Both the position numbers and the translations under genes were made by a program. A stretch of 34,923 nt of DNA, counting the filler, from Nitrospinae bacterium RIFCSPLOWO2_12_FULL_45_22 (GTDB taxonomy: Bacteria; 2-12-FULL-45-22), in assembly GCA_001803565.1 (NCBI GenBank). It is 2 parts of 2 records of this genome, joined end to end, with 100 filler letters (N's around TTAATTAATTAA, not from the genome) between each part and the next. Parts side by side here need not be neighbours in the genome. Positions count along the whole stretch, not along the records: positions 24,448 to 34,923 come from MHDQ01000321.1; 1 more part is not named here. One strand, given 5' to 3'. Numbering within the stretch: position 1 is the first letter of the stretch; each line of letters starts with the position of its first letter. The notes below the pieces were generated by a model. That model did not search any database and was not told the origin of the DNA. It was given only the letters and a program-made list of their open reading frames with translations. This document shows positions 25,387 through 34,923 of this stretch, one piece after another.

Positions 25387-26751
25387 ATGATAGTAGATAA
25401 GATAATAAAGAATGGCCAAATAGTCACCTCCCAAAATATCTTTGAAGCAGGTATAGCTATTCAAGGCAAAAAGATTGCGATGGTGGCAAAGGAGGCTATA
25501 TTGCCCGAAGCCAAAGAAATTATCGACGCTCAAGGGAATTATATCCTTCCCGGCTGTATTGAGTGTCATAGCCATTTGGGATTATTTAACCCCTGGGAGA
25601 AGGAACTGGAAAGCGAAACTCGCTCTGCGGCAATAGGAGGTATTACGACGGTAATGAGCACCCTTTTGGAGAAGGACCCCCTACCGGATAGATTCCCCTA
25701 TTATCAGGATTTAGTGAAAAAATATGCCTATACCGATATAGTTTTTTACGGTATGGTGATGACAGAAAAGCACTTGGAGGAACTGGAAGAGTCCGTGAAG
25801 CTAGGGATAACTTCCTTTAAATTTCTGATGGCGTATAAAGGTGAGGAGGGGAGGGCATTAGGGGTAGAGGGCTCAGATTTAGGGTTCTTATATCGCGGGT
25901 TGGAAAAACTGAAAAAATTAAAAGGACTTCCTATGGTACATGCCGAAAATATAGATATTATCTATGCCCTCAATTCCCGCTATAAGCAAAGAAATGACTT
26001 AGCATTATGGTCTGATACCCGACCCCACCTTTGCGAAGAGATAGATATTTATACTGCCTGCCGCATGGCTGAAGAAATAAGTTCTCCTTTATATATTGTT
26101 CATACCAGCGTGGGTAGAGCTATTGACATAGTGGCAGAATTCAGAAACCGGGGGAATAAGGTATACCTGGAGACCTGTCCTCATTATTTAATATTGGATT
26201 ATACCGGTGAGAGATTGAAAGAGCCATTAATGGCCAAAGTCAATCCTCCGCTGCGCACAAAGAAAGACCAGGACTTGCTCTGGCAGGGGATACAGAGAGA
26301 TCTCGTCAACTGCGTGGGGACAGATCATTGCAGCCCTTCTTATGAAGCTAAAAGAGTTGATGGAAATATATGGAATATGCTTCCGGGCTTTCCCGGCATG
26401 GCAACCATGCTTCCTTTAATGTTAAGCGAGGGAGTGAATAAGAATAGGATAACGCTCGAGAAAGTCGCAGAGCTATGTAGTTATAATACGGCAAGAATCC
26501 ACGGATTATATCCACGAAAGGGGGCCATAATTCCCGGTGCCGATGCAGACCTGGTTATTGTGGATCTAGACAAAAAGATGACGGTTACCCCTGAAATACT
26601 TCAATCTGGAGCTAATTTTTCCCTTTATGATGGGTGGGAGTTGAAAGGCTGGCCGGTGCTCACTATGGTAAGGGGTAATGTAGTCATGAAAGAAGGGAAG
26701 ATCGTGAGTGATTCTCCTCAGGGGTGCCATATCCCTACCAGAAGAGTCTAA
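25387..26751 (+). CDS. Cyclic amidohydrolase (hydantoinase/allantoinase/dihydroorotase family)
   Basis: PGCIECHSH, SFKFLM, VHAEN, IVHTS, ETCPHYL, KVNPPLR, GTDH. Start at ATG 25387; the upstream extension is repeat DNA. Confidence 0.9.
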   Translation: MIVDKIIKNGQIVTSQNIFEAGIAIQGKKIAMVAKEAILPEAKEIIDAQGNYILPGCIECHSHLGLFNPWEKELESETRSAAIGGITTVMSTLLEKDPLPDRFPYYQDLVKKYAYTDIVFYGMVMTEKHLEELEESVKLGITSFKFLMAYKGEEGRALGVEGSDLGFLYRGLEKLKKLKGLPMVHAENIDIIYALNSRYKQRNDLALWSDTRPHLCEEIDIYTACRMAEEISSPLYIVHTSVGRAIDIVAEFRNRGNKVYLETCPHYLILDYTGERLKEPLMAKVNPPLRTKKDQDLLWQGIQRDLVNCVGTDHCSPSYEAKRVDGNIWNMLPGFPGMATMLPLMLSEGVNKNRITLEKVAELCSYNTARIHGLYPRKGAIIPGADADLVIVDLDKKMTVTPEILQSGANFSLYDGWELKGWPVLTMVRGNVVMKEGKIVSDSPQGCHIPTRRV

Positions 26752-26862
26752 TTTTGTAACTATTTAGCCAAATTAATCAAATTAAAGAGATAGAAATGCA
26801 GAAATGCAGTGGCAGAGCTTGCTCTGCGAGGAATAAATCACCTTTTTTAGGAGGAAAGAGCG

Positions 26863-27276
26863 ATGGTAATGGATGAGATTTGGAAAAAGAATCAACAGGC
26901 CCTAGGTTTAACCGATGAACAGATCGAGGTTATGAAACAGGATCCCAAGCGCCGGAAGTTTATTGAGGCCAGTCCCCAGTTGGTAAGGAAAAAGGTTATA
27001 GCAGAAGTTATCAGTGCAAAAAATTGCGCCGCTGGGCATAAAGTGGGCGATCGCTATGTGATCCGTGCCGCCGGATATTTGGTTCCCGAAGAATCACCAA
27101 AAAACCTGTGCTTATCAGCATTGGTTCCGCTGCAGCCCTTCGTCTCAGTAGCCGGTGAGCGCATAGCGGAAGGGATAGATCCCAACGGCATGATTACGGA
27201 TCATGCCGGGTGTTTGGATGTCGGTTTTGAATGTGGCGGTTTTGGTCGGGTAGTCATGAAAATCCGGGTTGAATAA
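26863..27276 (+). CDS. TIGR04076-like Cys-motif protein
   Basis: EVISAKNCAAGHKVGD, LCLSAL, CLD...GRVVMKI; AGGAGG RBS. Confidence 0.7.
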   Translation: MVMDEIWKKNQQALGLTDEQIEVMKQDPKRRKFIEASPQLVRKKVIAEVISAKNCAAGHKVGDRYVIRAAGYLVPEESPKNLCLSALVPLQPFVSVAGERIAEGIDPNGMITDHAGCLDVGFECGGFGRVVMKIRVE

Positions 27277-27345
27277 ATGATGCTTGCGGGCAAATTATTT
27301 CAAGATAGGCAAGCAGGGGAAGGGTTCAATGGAGGAGGAAATGCT

Positions 27346-29115
27346 ATGAATGGGAAAAAGGGCCAGGGGAGTATGCCCACATATAAAGTCAAGGTTGAGA
27401 AGAACCTCTGGGCAACTATGCGCGATGGCGTCAGGTTATCAGCCGATATATACCGCCCGGACAGCGATTGCAAATTTCCAGTATTAGTCTTAAGAACACC
27501 CTATAATAAAATGGGTGAATTACCCCTTACCGAGACAGAATTTTTCCCTCCCAGAGGATATGTGGTCGTTCTACAGGACACCCGGGGGCGTTTTGGCTCT
27601 GAAGGGGAGTTCTATCCGCTTATCTACGAAGGACAAGATGGTTATGATACCATTGAGTGGGCTGCCGAACTACCCTGGTCTAACGGCATAGTAGGGACGG
27701 TGGGCCAGTCTTATCTGGGTTTGGTTCAGTACGCAGTTGCGTCCACCAGACCCCCTCACCTCAAGGCCCAATGTCCGGTGTCAGGTCCAGTAACATTATA
27801 TGCCGATTTCATATATCATACCGGTGGTGCCCTTGAGCTGGGATGGATTCTCCCCTATTTTATATTTATGGCCTTCAATACGGCGGAACGTAAAGCCCTG
27901 GGAGCAGATTTCCTGTCCCGTTTGAAGGATTTTGTGATAATCACACCTAAGACGATAATCCCTGGCCTGAAAGATTTCTGGTATCATCATCTGCCAGTCA
28001 TGGACTGGGGAAGACTTCTAGGCGAGGCATCTCCCTTCTTTGAAGATTTCCTGAAACATCCGACCCAAGGCCCTTATTGGTGGTTTAGTGAACTTGGGAG
28101 GCAATACCAGAACACGAATACACCCATGCTCCATGTCGGCTCCTGGTATGACTCTTTCCAGTATGATACCCTTACGCAATTCTGTGGGATCCAGCAGCAT
28201 GCCATGACTCCTGAAACACGCTCTTCCCAGAAGCTTCTCATGGGTCCCTGGGCCCACTTATTACCTTACTCAGTGCCTACCACCAGGGGGACCGGGGATA
28301 TAGACTTCGGTCCTGAATCCCGGATAGAATTGCATGAAATTCAGGTGAGGTGGTTTGACTATTGGCTAAAAGGGATAAAGAATGGCATCATGGAAGAACC
28401 GCCGATTAGAATTTTTGTTATGGGTAATAATGTGTGGCGGGACGAGTATGAATGGCCCCTGGCCCGGACGCAGTATACCCCCTATTACTTCCGCAGCAAA
28501 GGTAAAGCAAATTCTGATAAGGGCGATGGAATTTTGAGTCCAGAGCCTCCAGCGGATGAGCCGGCAGATCATTATATATATGATCCTTACCAACCTGTCC
28601 CTACCCTGGGTGGCAATACCCTAGGGATAGCGATGGGGGTATTTGATCAACGTCCGGTAGAATCAATGCCTAATGTCCTGGTCTATACAAGTCCTCCTCT
28701 AGAGAAGGACTTAGAGGTAACCGGTCCGATTAGGGTAGAGCTTTTTGCATCTTCTTCTGCACCTGATACAGATTTTACCGCAAAGCTGGTCGATGTTAGG
28801 CCTGATGGCTATGGGCAAAACATTGCCGACGGGATAATAAGGGCCCGCTATCGGAACTCATTAACCTACCCCTCTCTTCTTCGTCCCGGTGAGATATACG
28901 AATTCACGATAGATCTCTGGGCGACGAGTCATGTATTCAAGACAGGCCATCGTATCAGAGTGGATATCTCCAGCAGTAATTTCCCGCGCTTTGATAGGAA
29001 TCCTAACACCGGCAACCGGATCAATACCGATAGAGAGCTGAGATCGGCTGAGCAAAGGATATTTCATGATTCCAAATACCCGTCCCACATCCTCCTGCCC
29101 GTTATTCCAGGTTGA
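27346..29115 (+). CDS. CocE/NonD-family serine hydrolase
   Basis: MRDGVRLSADIYRP, RTPY, GQSYLG, GSWYD, GPWAH, SSSNFPRFDRNPNTG. GGAGGAGG RBS before ATG 27346. Confidence 0.93.
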   Translation: MNGKKGQGSMPTYKVKVEKNLWATMRDGVRLSADIYRPDSDCKFPVLVLRTPYNKMGELPLTETEFFPPRGYVVVLQDTRGRFGSEGEFYPLIYEGQDGYDTIEWAAELPWSNGIVGTVGQSYLGLVQYAVASTRPPHLKAQCPVSGPVTLYADFIYHTGGALELGWILPYFIFMAFNTAERKALGADFLSRLKDFVIITPKTIIPGLKDFWYHHLPVMDWGRLLGEASPFFEDFLKHPTQGPYWWFSELGRQYQNTNTPMLHVGSWYDSFQYDTLTQFCGIQQHAMTPETRSSQKLLMGPWAHLLPYSVPTTRGTGDIDFGPESRIELHEIQVRWFDYWLKGIKNGIMEEPPIRIFVMGNNVWRDEYEWPLARTQYTPYYFRSKGKANSDKGDGILSPEPPADEPADHYIYDPYQPVPTLGGNTLGIAMGVFDQRPVESMPNVLVYTSPPLEKDLEVTGPIRVELFASSSAPDTDFTAKLVDVRPDGYGQNIADGIIRARYRNSLTYPSLLRPGEIYEFTIDLWATSHVFKTGHRIRVDISSSNFPRFDRNPNTGNRINTDRELRSAEQRIFHDSKYPSHILLPVIPG

Positions 29116-29256
29116 TCGATAGTGAGCATAGATTAATTTGTTATTTTTTTAGTTGACTTAAGAAGATTAACCAGGATATATTGGAGAAAAATAGGGTAAA
29201 TAGGTATATATTCGGTATGGCGAAACCCCGGTTAAATATATCAGAAGGGAAGGATC

Positions 29257-29916
29257 GTGAAAGAAAAAGAGGGGAATAAGAAGGGGAAACAATTATCATC
29301 CGTCTCCCGCAGAGAATTTATTAAGGGACTGGGTGCAGGAGCCTTAGGTACCGCTGCCTTGTCCGGGGGAATTATCGCCTTGAAAGAAGCGGAGGCACAC
29401 CCGGCAGAGGAATCTTTAGAAGAGGGAATAAAGATACCCCTTAGGTTAAAGATTAATGGCATCAGGTATAAGGTCGAGGTAGAACCGCGATATACTCTGG
29501 TAGATGTGATCCGCGACCAGCTCCAACTTACCGGAACCAAGAAGGCTTGTGACCGGGGAGAATGTGGTGCCTGCACAGTTTTACTCGATGGGAAACCGGT
29601 ATATTCCTGCATGACTCTTGCTATTACCGCGGCAGGAAGAGATATCATGACTATTGAGGGGCTAGCCTCTGGTGAAGAACTCCATCCTATCCAGCAGGCC
29701 TTTCTGGAAAACGATGCTTTTCAATGCGGTTTCTGCACGTCAGGACAGATCATGGCCGTCAATGGTTTACTAAAGCAGAATTTGAATCCATCCCGAGAAG
29801 AAGCAAGGAATGCCCTCGCGGGAAATATCTGCCGCTGCGGGACCTACACCAGAATTCTGGAAGCAACCCTGGATGCTTCCCAACGCCTCAGGAAAGGTGG
29901 TGGTAACCGTGGGTAG
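29257..29916 (+). CDS. [2Fe-2S] subunit of a xanthine-oxidase-family molybdoenzyme with Tat signal (PaoA/YagT-like)
   Basis: SRREFIK...AEA; GTKKACDRGECGACTV, QCGFC, NICRC. Confidence 0.92.
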   Translation: MKEKEGNKKGKQLSSVSRREFIKGLGAGALGTAALSGGIIALKEAEAHPAEESLEEGIKIPLRLKINGIRYKVEVEPRYTLVDVIRDQLQLTGTKKACDRGECGACTVLLDGKPVYSCMTLAITAAGRDIMTIEGLASGEELHPIQQAFLENDAFQCGFCTSGQIMAVNGLLKQNLNPSREEARNALAGNICRCGTYTRILEATLDASQRLRKGGGNRG

Positions 29917-32218
29917 AAGGGTTAAAACCCGGGTTGAGGAAGAAGGAAAAATAGAAGAGATAAATGTAGAGCTACCTCATGAGGATTTGCCCCCATGGGA
30001 GGAAAAAAACTTAGTATGGGTAGGCAAAGGAATCCCCAGGGTTGATGGTTTTGAAAAATGCACAGGAAAGGCAAAGTATACCTACGACATTCACCTTCCG
30101 GGTATGCTCTATGGCAAGATTCTCAGATGTCCCCACCCACATGCCCGCTTGATTAGATTGGATACCAGTAAAGCACAACGCCTTTCCGGGGTAAAGGCAA
30201 TTCTATCGCAGGAAAATGCTCCCCCCATCCCTTGGTATAACGATAGTTTTCTCTTTGACCGGACGCTCCGGTGTGTGGGAGAAGAGGTAGCCGCCGTAGC
30301 CGCCGTGGATGAATATATAGCCCGCGATGCCCTGGATATGATAGAAGCAGAGTATGAATCTTTGCCCTTTGTGGTTGACCCAGAAGAAGCCCTGAGACCG
30401 GGGGCACCCCCAGTCCGCCCCGGGGGAAACCTGTTAGATGGGAAACCTATCATATATTCCCGGGGGGAGATTGAACAGGGCTTTGACGAGGCGGATTTAA
30501 TAATAGAAGAGAACTTCTCTACCCAGGTCCAGGCACATGCCTGTATGGAGACGCACGGGAGCGTAGTCAATTGGGAAGGAGATCATCTAACTATATGGGA
30601 ATCTACCCAGGGGGTATCGGATGTACGGGAAGGTATGGCTAAGGCTTTGGGTATTCCCATCAGCAAGGTCAGGGTCATCAAGGATTTTATGGGGGGTGGA
30701 TTCGGGAGCAAAACCAGGGAAGGGAAATATACTGTTATTGCAGCCCTCTTAGCTAAGATGACAGGCCGGCCAGTAAAGCTTATGCTGGATCGAAAAGAAG
30801 AGTTTTATGCGACCGGCCATCGTCCGTCTTCTTTGCAATATGTAAAAGCAGGGGTCAAAAAAGATGGTTCTTTGACTGCTATTTATCTCAGAAGTATCGG
30901 GGCCTGTGGGGCTTATGAAACGCCACTCTTTCCCAGTAAGTTCAGCATGATCGATGCGCTTGCCAGGCCCTACCGGGAGCTTTATCACTGTCCTAATGTG
31001 AAGACTGAGGTTTATCCTGTCTATAATAATATACCCGTTCATACAGCGCAACGGGCACCCGGTCATGTAGAGGGAACATTTGCCCTGGAACAGGTCATGG
31101 ACCAGGCAGCACATCAATTGGGTATGGACCCCATCGCCCTACGGATGAAGAACTACGCTTTGAAAGATCAAGTAGAAGATTTTCCCTATACCCGAAAGGC
31201 TTTGGACCAATGCTACCAGAAAGGGGCAGAAAAGATTCAGTGGGAAAAACGGAATAAAAAACCAGGAGAAAAAAAGGCGCTTATCTGTGAAGGAATAGGG
31301 ATGGCCGGCCAGATCTGGGGTGGAGGCGGCGGTCCGCCAGCATATGCGATAATCAAGATTAATCAAGATGGTACGGCTAACCTTCTTACTGGAACTCAGG
31401 ATATCGGCACCGGATCAAAAACAGTCTTTGTCCAGATAGCTTCCGAAGAATTAGGTATCTCTCCCAAAGATATTACCATTACTTTAGGAGATACAGAAAC
31501 GACTCCTTATGCTCCCCGCAGTTCTGGTAGCCGGACAGTACCAAGCGTAGGTCCTGCAGTCAGATCTGCGGCTGCTGATGCGAAAAGACAGCTCTTGGAC
31601 CTGGCAGGATCTATACTCGATTCAAAAGCAGAAGACCTGGCCATAAGAGAAGGGCAAATCTATCTGAAGAATAATCCTACCCGAAAAATTCCTCTAAAAG
31701 AGATAACGCAAAAAATGGGGAATAATATGATCATGGGTGTGGGATCTCGTGGACCTAATCCACCCCAAGCTGCTATAAATGTATTCGGGGCACAATTTGC
31801 TCACGTTGCAGTCAATACTGCAACGGGAGAAGTAAGAGTATTAAAAGTGGTATCCATACATGATGCGGGCCGGGTGATAAATTCAATGACATTGAATAAC
31901 CAGATTGAGGGAGGTATTGTACAGGGAATGGGTTATGGGCTGATGGAAGAAGTCATTTGGGATAAAGGAACAGGGATTATGCTCACCCCAAACCTACATG
32001 CTTATAAGCTGCCTACTATGCTTGATATACCTGAAGTCGTGCCCGGGGTAGCAGAAGGATCAGACCCGGCTAATAATATTGGGGCTAAGGGAATAGGAGA
32101 ACCACCCAAGATTCCTACTGCCCCGGCTATCGCCAATGCTATCTATAATGCGATTGGAGTGCGTTTGAAGGAATTGCCTATTACGCCGGATAAGGTTTTA
32201 AGGGCACTCAAGATATGA
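29909..32218 (+). CDS. Molybdopterin-binding large subunit (PaoC/YagR-like)
   Basis: GGGFGSK, QRAPG, DIGTG, QIEGG, AKGIGE. Start likely GTG 29909, overlapping the upstream stop. Confidence 0.92.
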   Translation: MGRRVKTRVEEEGKIEEINVELPHEDLPPWEEKNLVWVGKGIPRVDGFEKCTGKAKYTYDIHLPGMLYGKILRCPHPHARLIRLDTSKAQRLSGVKAILSQENAPPIPWYNDSFLFDRTLRCVGEEVAAVAAVDEYIARDALDMIEAEYESLPFVVDPEEALRPGAPPVRPGGNLLDGKPIIYSRGEIEQGFDEADLIIEENFSTQVQAHACMETHGSVVNWEGDHLTIWESTQGVSDVREGMAKALGIPISKVRVIKDFMGGGFGSKTREGKYTVIAALLAKMTGRPVKLMLDRKEEFYATGHRPSSLQYVKAGVKKDGSLTAIYLRSIGACGAYETPLFPSKFSMIDALARPYRELYHCPNVKTEVYPVYNNIPVHTAQRAPGHVEGTFALEQVMDQAAHQLGMDPIALRMKNYALKDQVEDFPYTRKALDQCYQKGAEKIQWEKRNKKPGEKKALICEGIGMAGQIWGGGGGPPAYAIIKINQDGTANLLTGTQDIGTGSKTVFVQIASEELGISPKDITITLGDTETTPYAPRSSGSRTVPSVGPAVRSAAADAKRQLLDLAGSILDSKAEDLAIREGQIYLKNNPTRKIPLKEITQKMGNNMIMGVGSRGPNPPQAAINVFGAQFAHVAVNTATGEVRVLKVVSIHDAGRVINSMTLNNQIEGGIVQGMGYGLMEEVIWDKGTGIMLTPNLHAYKLPTMLDIPEVVPGVAEGSDPANNIGAKGIGEPPKIPTAPAIANAIYNAIGVRLKELPITPDKVLRALKI

Positions 32219-32282
32219 AACTGATCAGAAACTACTTACAATTTCTTCTTTTTCTTTATGGGAAAAGGTTAGGGGGAGAAGC

Positions 32283-33260
32283 ATGAAAGGCTTTACCTTT
32301 CATAAACCAAGATCGCTGAAAGAAGCCTTGGCTATGCTTAAGGAGGCCGATGGTAAAGCTAAAATCATGGCCGGCGGTACAGATCTATTAGGGGCAATGA
32401 AAGATGGAATCATGCAGCCTGAACGGTTGATCAACCTGCAAGAAATACCTGATTTAGCAAATATTCGCCCGGATAATGATAGGCTTCATCTGGGAGCATT
32501 AGTTTCGTTGCACGAGATAACAGTTCATCCCTCAATCCAGAAGAGATTCGGAATTTTGGCCCAGGCGGCCCAAGAAGTAGGTAGCCCTCAACTCAGAAAC
32601 ATGGGAACCTTAGGGGGCAATCTTTGTCAGAGGCCCCGTTGCTGGTATTATCGGGGAGATTTTGTTTGTCTCAAAAGGGGAGGGGATCAATGCTTCGCTG
32701 TTACGGGTCAAAACAAATACCACGCTGTTATAGAGGGTGGTCCTTGCTTTATAGTTCATCCTTCGGATACCGCACCAGCTTTGCTGGCAATGGACGCAAG
32801 CGTGAGGATAGCTGGTCCTGATGGAGAGAAGATTGCAGCCCTGGAAAAGTTCTTTATGACACCCCGGGACAATGTAACTCGGGAAAATATCTTAGAACCT
32901 GACCAGATATTAACTGAAATAATGGTTCCTCTCCCCAGGGAAGGAAGCCGGGGTATTTATTTGAAGGCAAGAGAGAGAAGATGTTGGGACTTTGCTCTGG
33001 CCAGTGTTGCTCTCTTGCTGAATATTGATGATGGCATTTGTCAGGAAATAAGGCTGGTCCTGGGTGGTATAGCTCCTATTCCTTTCCGGGCTTCTAAGGC
33101 TGAAGAGGTGCTTAAGGGTAAGCCAATAGAAATCGAGTTGATTGACCAAGCTTGCCGGATGGCACTAAGCGGTGCTAGGCCCCTAGCTTCCAATGCTTAT
33201 AAACTTGAGTTAACCCAGGCTCTGATAAAACAAGCGCTTCTCACCCTTTCAAATAAATAA
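32283..33260 (+). CDS. FAD-binding subunit with [4Fe-4S] insert (PaoB/YagS-like)
   Basis: AGGTDL, SPQLRNMGTLGGNLCQRPRCWYYR..C......C...C..HPSD. Confidence 0.92.
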   Translation: MKGFTFHKPRSLKEALAMLKEADGKAKIMAGGTDLLGAMKDGIMQPERLINLQEIPDLANIRPDNDRLHLGALVSLHEITVHPSIQKRFGILAQAAQEVGSPQLRNMGTLGGNLCQRPRCWYYRGDFVCLKRGGDQCFAVTGQNKYHAVIEGGPCFIVHPSDTAPALLAMDASVRIAGPDGEKIAALEKFFMTPRDNVTRENILEPDQILTEIMVPLPREGSRGIYLKARERRCWDFALASVALLLNIDDGICQEIRLVLGGIAPIPFRASKAEEVLKGKPIEIELIDQACRMALSGARPLASNAYKLELTQALIKQALLTLSNK

Positions 33261-33286
33261 TTATAGAATCACAGGGGGGGGATCAT

Positions 33287-34693
33287 ATGGACAGAGAAAA
33301 AATAGGAAAAGGACATTTTTTCCCTAAAGAAATCAATAGGAGGGAATTTGTAAGGCTCTCGGGCTTAGCTACAGGCTTGCTATTAACTATCGGGAGAGGA
33401 ACCTTTTTCCCTTTTGACACCAAAGCCGCAGAAAATAATCATATTGCGCTTCCTATTTTTGAGCATTATGGAGACCAACAAATCCGACTGGATTTTCCTG
33501 GGGAATGGAAAATTCAAGAAGCCAGGATGAAGGCCCACGACTTTCCTCCTTTAACACCGCAGCAAATCAAAGAAGCTTTCAATAATCCTATAGGGATAAA
33601 ACCTTTGCAGGAATTGGCTCAAGGGAAAAAAAGGGTTGTTATAACCGTGGACGATTTAGAGAGACCCACACCGGCATATGCTATCCTACCTCTGTTATTG
33701 GAAGAGTTAAATCAGGCAGGTATTAAGAATGAGCAAATAAGCTGTATTGGGTCTTTTGGTAATCATGACCCCATGACCCAGGATCAGGTCATTCGAAAAA
33801 TTGGGATAGAAACCGCCAGAAAGATCCCTTTTTTCAATCACAATTGTTGGGATAATTTTGTGGAGCTAGGAAAAACATCTCAAGGTACCCCATTAAAAAT
33901 CAATAAGGAGTTTATGGCTGCTGATTTAAAGATTTCTATCCAGGGGTTCAGGTGGCATGAGATTGCCGGATTTGGTGGTGGAGGAAAGGCGGTATTACCA
34001 GGCGTAGCTTCTATAGAATCAACGGAACATAATCACCTTGAGATCGGTTTTCCCAATAGGAAACCAAATCCTGCGGCGGGTCCATGCAAAGTTAAAAATA
34101 ATCCAATAAGGAAAGATATGGATGAAGCGGCTAAATTGGCCGGTTTAGATATGTGTTTGGTTGTTTTTCCTAATGGTCGTCGAGAGGTTATCGGCTTAAT
34201 AGCCTGCGATCCAGTGACCGGATGGCGGGAGGCTTGCAAAAAAGGATATGCTCTGCATCTCACTCAAGAGATTAAAAGTGCCGATATAGTCGTAGCCAAT
34301 ACCTATCCCCAATGTGCCCAGCCGCAAAGCTCTTTTCCCTTATTGAATCAATCGGTCCGGGAAGGAGGGACAGCCGTTCTGGTCATGCAGCATCCTGATG
34401 GAATGCGACAGATCCATTACCTAGCCAGACAATGGGGAAAAGACTATGGTGGACATCTCTGGATGCCTCCCAATCCTGAAAGGGCTTTGGTCCCCGCAGC
34501 AAGCCGTCTGATCATTTTCACCAATTTAGGAACCAAAAACGACCAGCTTAATTTTCCTCATAAGCAAGTAGAATTTATGTATGCCTGGCCGGATGTCCTT
34601 GCCAGGCTAAAGAAATATCATAAAGAAGCATCGGTAGCCGTCTATCCTTATGCCCCCTTGCAGATTCCTACCAGCCTGACCTTGGATATTTAA
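33287..34693 (+). CDS. LarA-superfamily (nickel-pincer nucleotide) racemase/epimerase homologue with Tat signal
   Basis: NRREFVR + hydrophobic stretch; DDLERPTP, GNH, HEIAGFGGGGKAVLPG, HNH. Confidence 0.85.
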   Translation: MDREKIGKGHFFPKEINRREFVRLSGLATGLLLTIGRGTFFPFDTKAAENNHIALPIFEHYGDQQIRLDFPGEWKIQEARMKAHDFPPLTPQQIKEAFNNPIGIKPLQELAQGKKRVVITVDDLERPTPAYAILPLLLEELNQAGIKNEQISCIGSFGNHDPMTQDQVIRKIGIETARKIPFFNHNCWDNFVELGKTSQGTPLKINKEFMAADLKISIQGFRWHEIAGFGGGGKAVLPGVASIESTEHNHLEIGFPNRKPNPAAGPCKVKNNPIRKDMDEAAKLAGLDMCLVVFPNGRREVIGLIACDPVTGWREACKKGYALHLTQEIKSADIVVANTYPQCAQPQSSFPLLNQSVREGGTAVLVMQHPDGMRQIHYLARQWGKDYGGHLWMPPNPERALVPAASRLIIFTNLGTKNDQLNFPHKQVEFMYAWPDVLARLKKYHKEASVAVYPYAPLQIPTSLTLDI

Positions 34694-34793
34694 AGGAAGG
34701 GGACGGATTTCTAATCTGTCCCCATGCCATTGAACCTGTTCCCTTCTTGTCCTTTTTGTCCCTTTCTGCAGAGAACCCAAAGAGAGATAACTA

Positions 34794-34822
34794 TTGACAA
34801 AGGTTATAAGGCTTGGTAAAAG
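34794..34822 (+). promoter_or_regulatory. Putative sigma70 promoter for the next gene
   Basis: TTGACA-N17-TAAAAG with TG extension. Confidence 0.45.
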
Positions 34823-34923
34823 GAATCTATATACTCAAAAACGACGGGTAATCTTTCTTCAGGCCTTGTAGGCCAACGGATGGCCCTGTTTATCAAGATT
34901 AGTTAGATGAAAGGAATTTAAAT

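Noticed and set aside
29200-29245. Possible Moco riboswitch or ModE box upstream of the Mo-enzyme operon
   Set aside because: Only a weak hairpin and TATATA-like words; spacing and conserved motifs do not match as I recall them. An Rfam scan would decide.
25309-29908. Longest-ORF starts at 25309, 27277 and 29810 (also 10004, 12108, 16215)
   Set aside because: Downstream starts fit RBS position, gene overlaps and domain boundaries better.
23139-31366. Antisense and alternate-frame ORFs overlapping the enzyme genes (e.g. 23139-23582, 29241-29648, 30109-30570)
   Set aside because: Shadow ORFs of well-supported genes, with no motifs of their own.
11547-32218. Sec read-through at other TGA stops (11549, 13070, 18020, 29115, 32218)
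   Set aside because: These proteins are complete at the stop and no meaningful in-frame continuation follows.
34838-34900. Possible riboswitch after the last promoter
   Set aside because: Short pairings exist (TAATCTT/AAGATTA, GGCC/GGCC), but I recognise no family signature and the downstream gene is outside the window.

Overview
Bacterial DNA, roughly 40-45% GC by eye; gene content resembles Desulfobacterota-like metagenomic assemblies, but I cannot establish taxonomy. A 100-bp artificial linker (N44-TTAATTAATTAA-N44, 24348-24447) joins two pieces whose adjacency is unproven. The left piece holds: a decaying integrase-less integron cassette array (two attC sites); an orphan AbrB-type antitoxin; a minus-strand signalling locus with a sigma28-like promoter (response regulator, STAS-like ORF, sensorless histidine kinase); a secreted CAP protein; a GT9; two fused GctAB-type CoA-transferase paralogues flanking a ~6 kb AT-rich glycosylation island; a radical SAM protein; galT; hypothetical proteins; and an M20 amidohydrolase. 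The right piece holds a hydrolase cluster, a PaoABC-like Tat-exported molybdoenzyme and a Tat-signal LarA homologue. Top leads: (1) an in-frame UGA that would fuse the response regulator to the STAS ORF through a U-x11-C-x5-C-x16-C motif, followed by a SECIS-like hairpin; (2) a Tat-signal LarA; (3) an orphan gene with a DGR-like, adenine-depleted 3' end; (4) nested palindromic mini-elements, one holding a GxxExxY remnant and one with IS66-type ends and an 8-bp target duplication; (5) a CoA-transferase paralogue lacking the catalytic Glu. Family calls come from motif recognition by eye; no searches were run.
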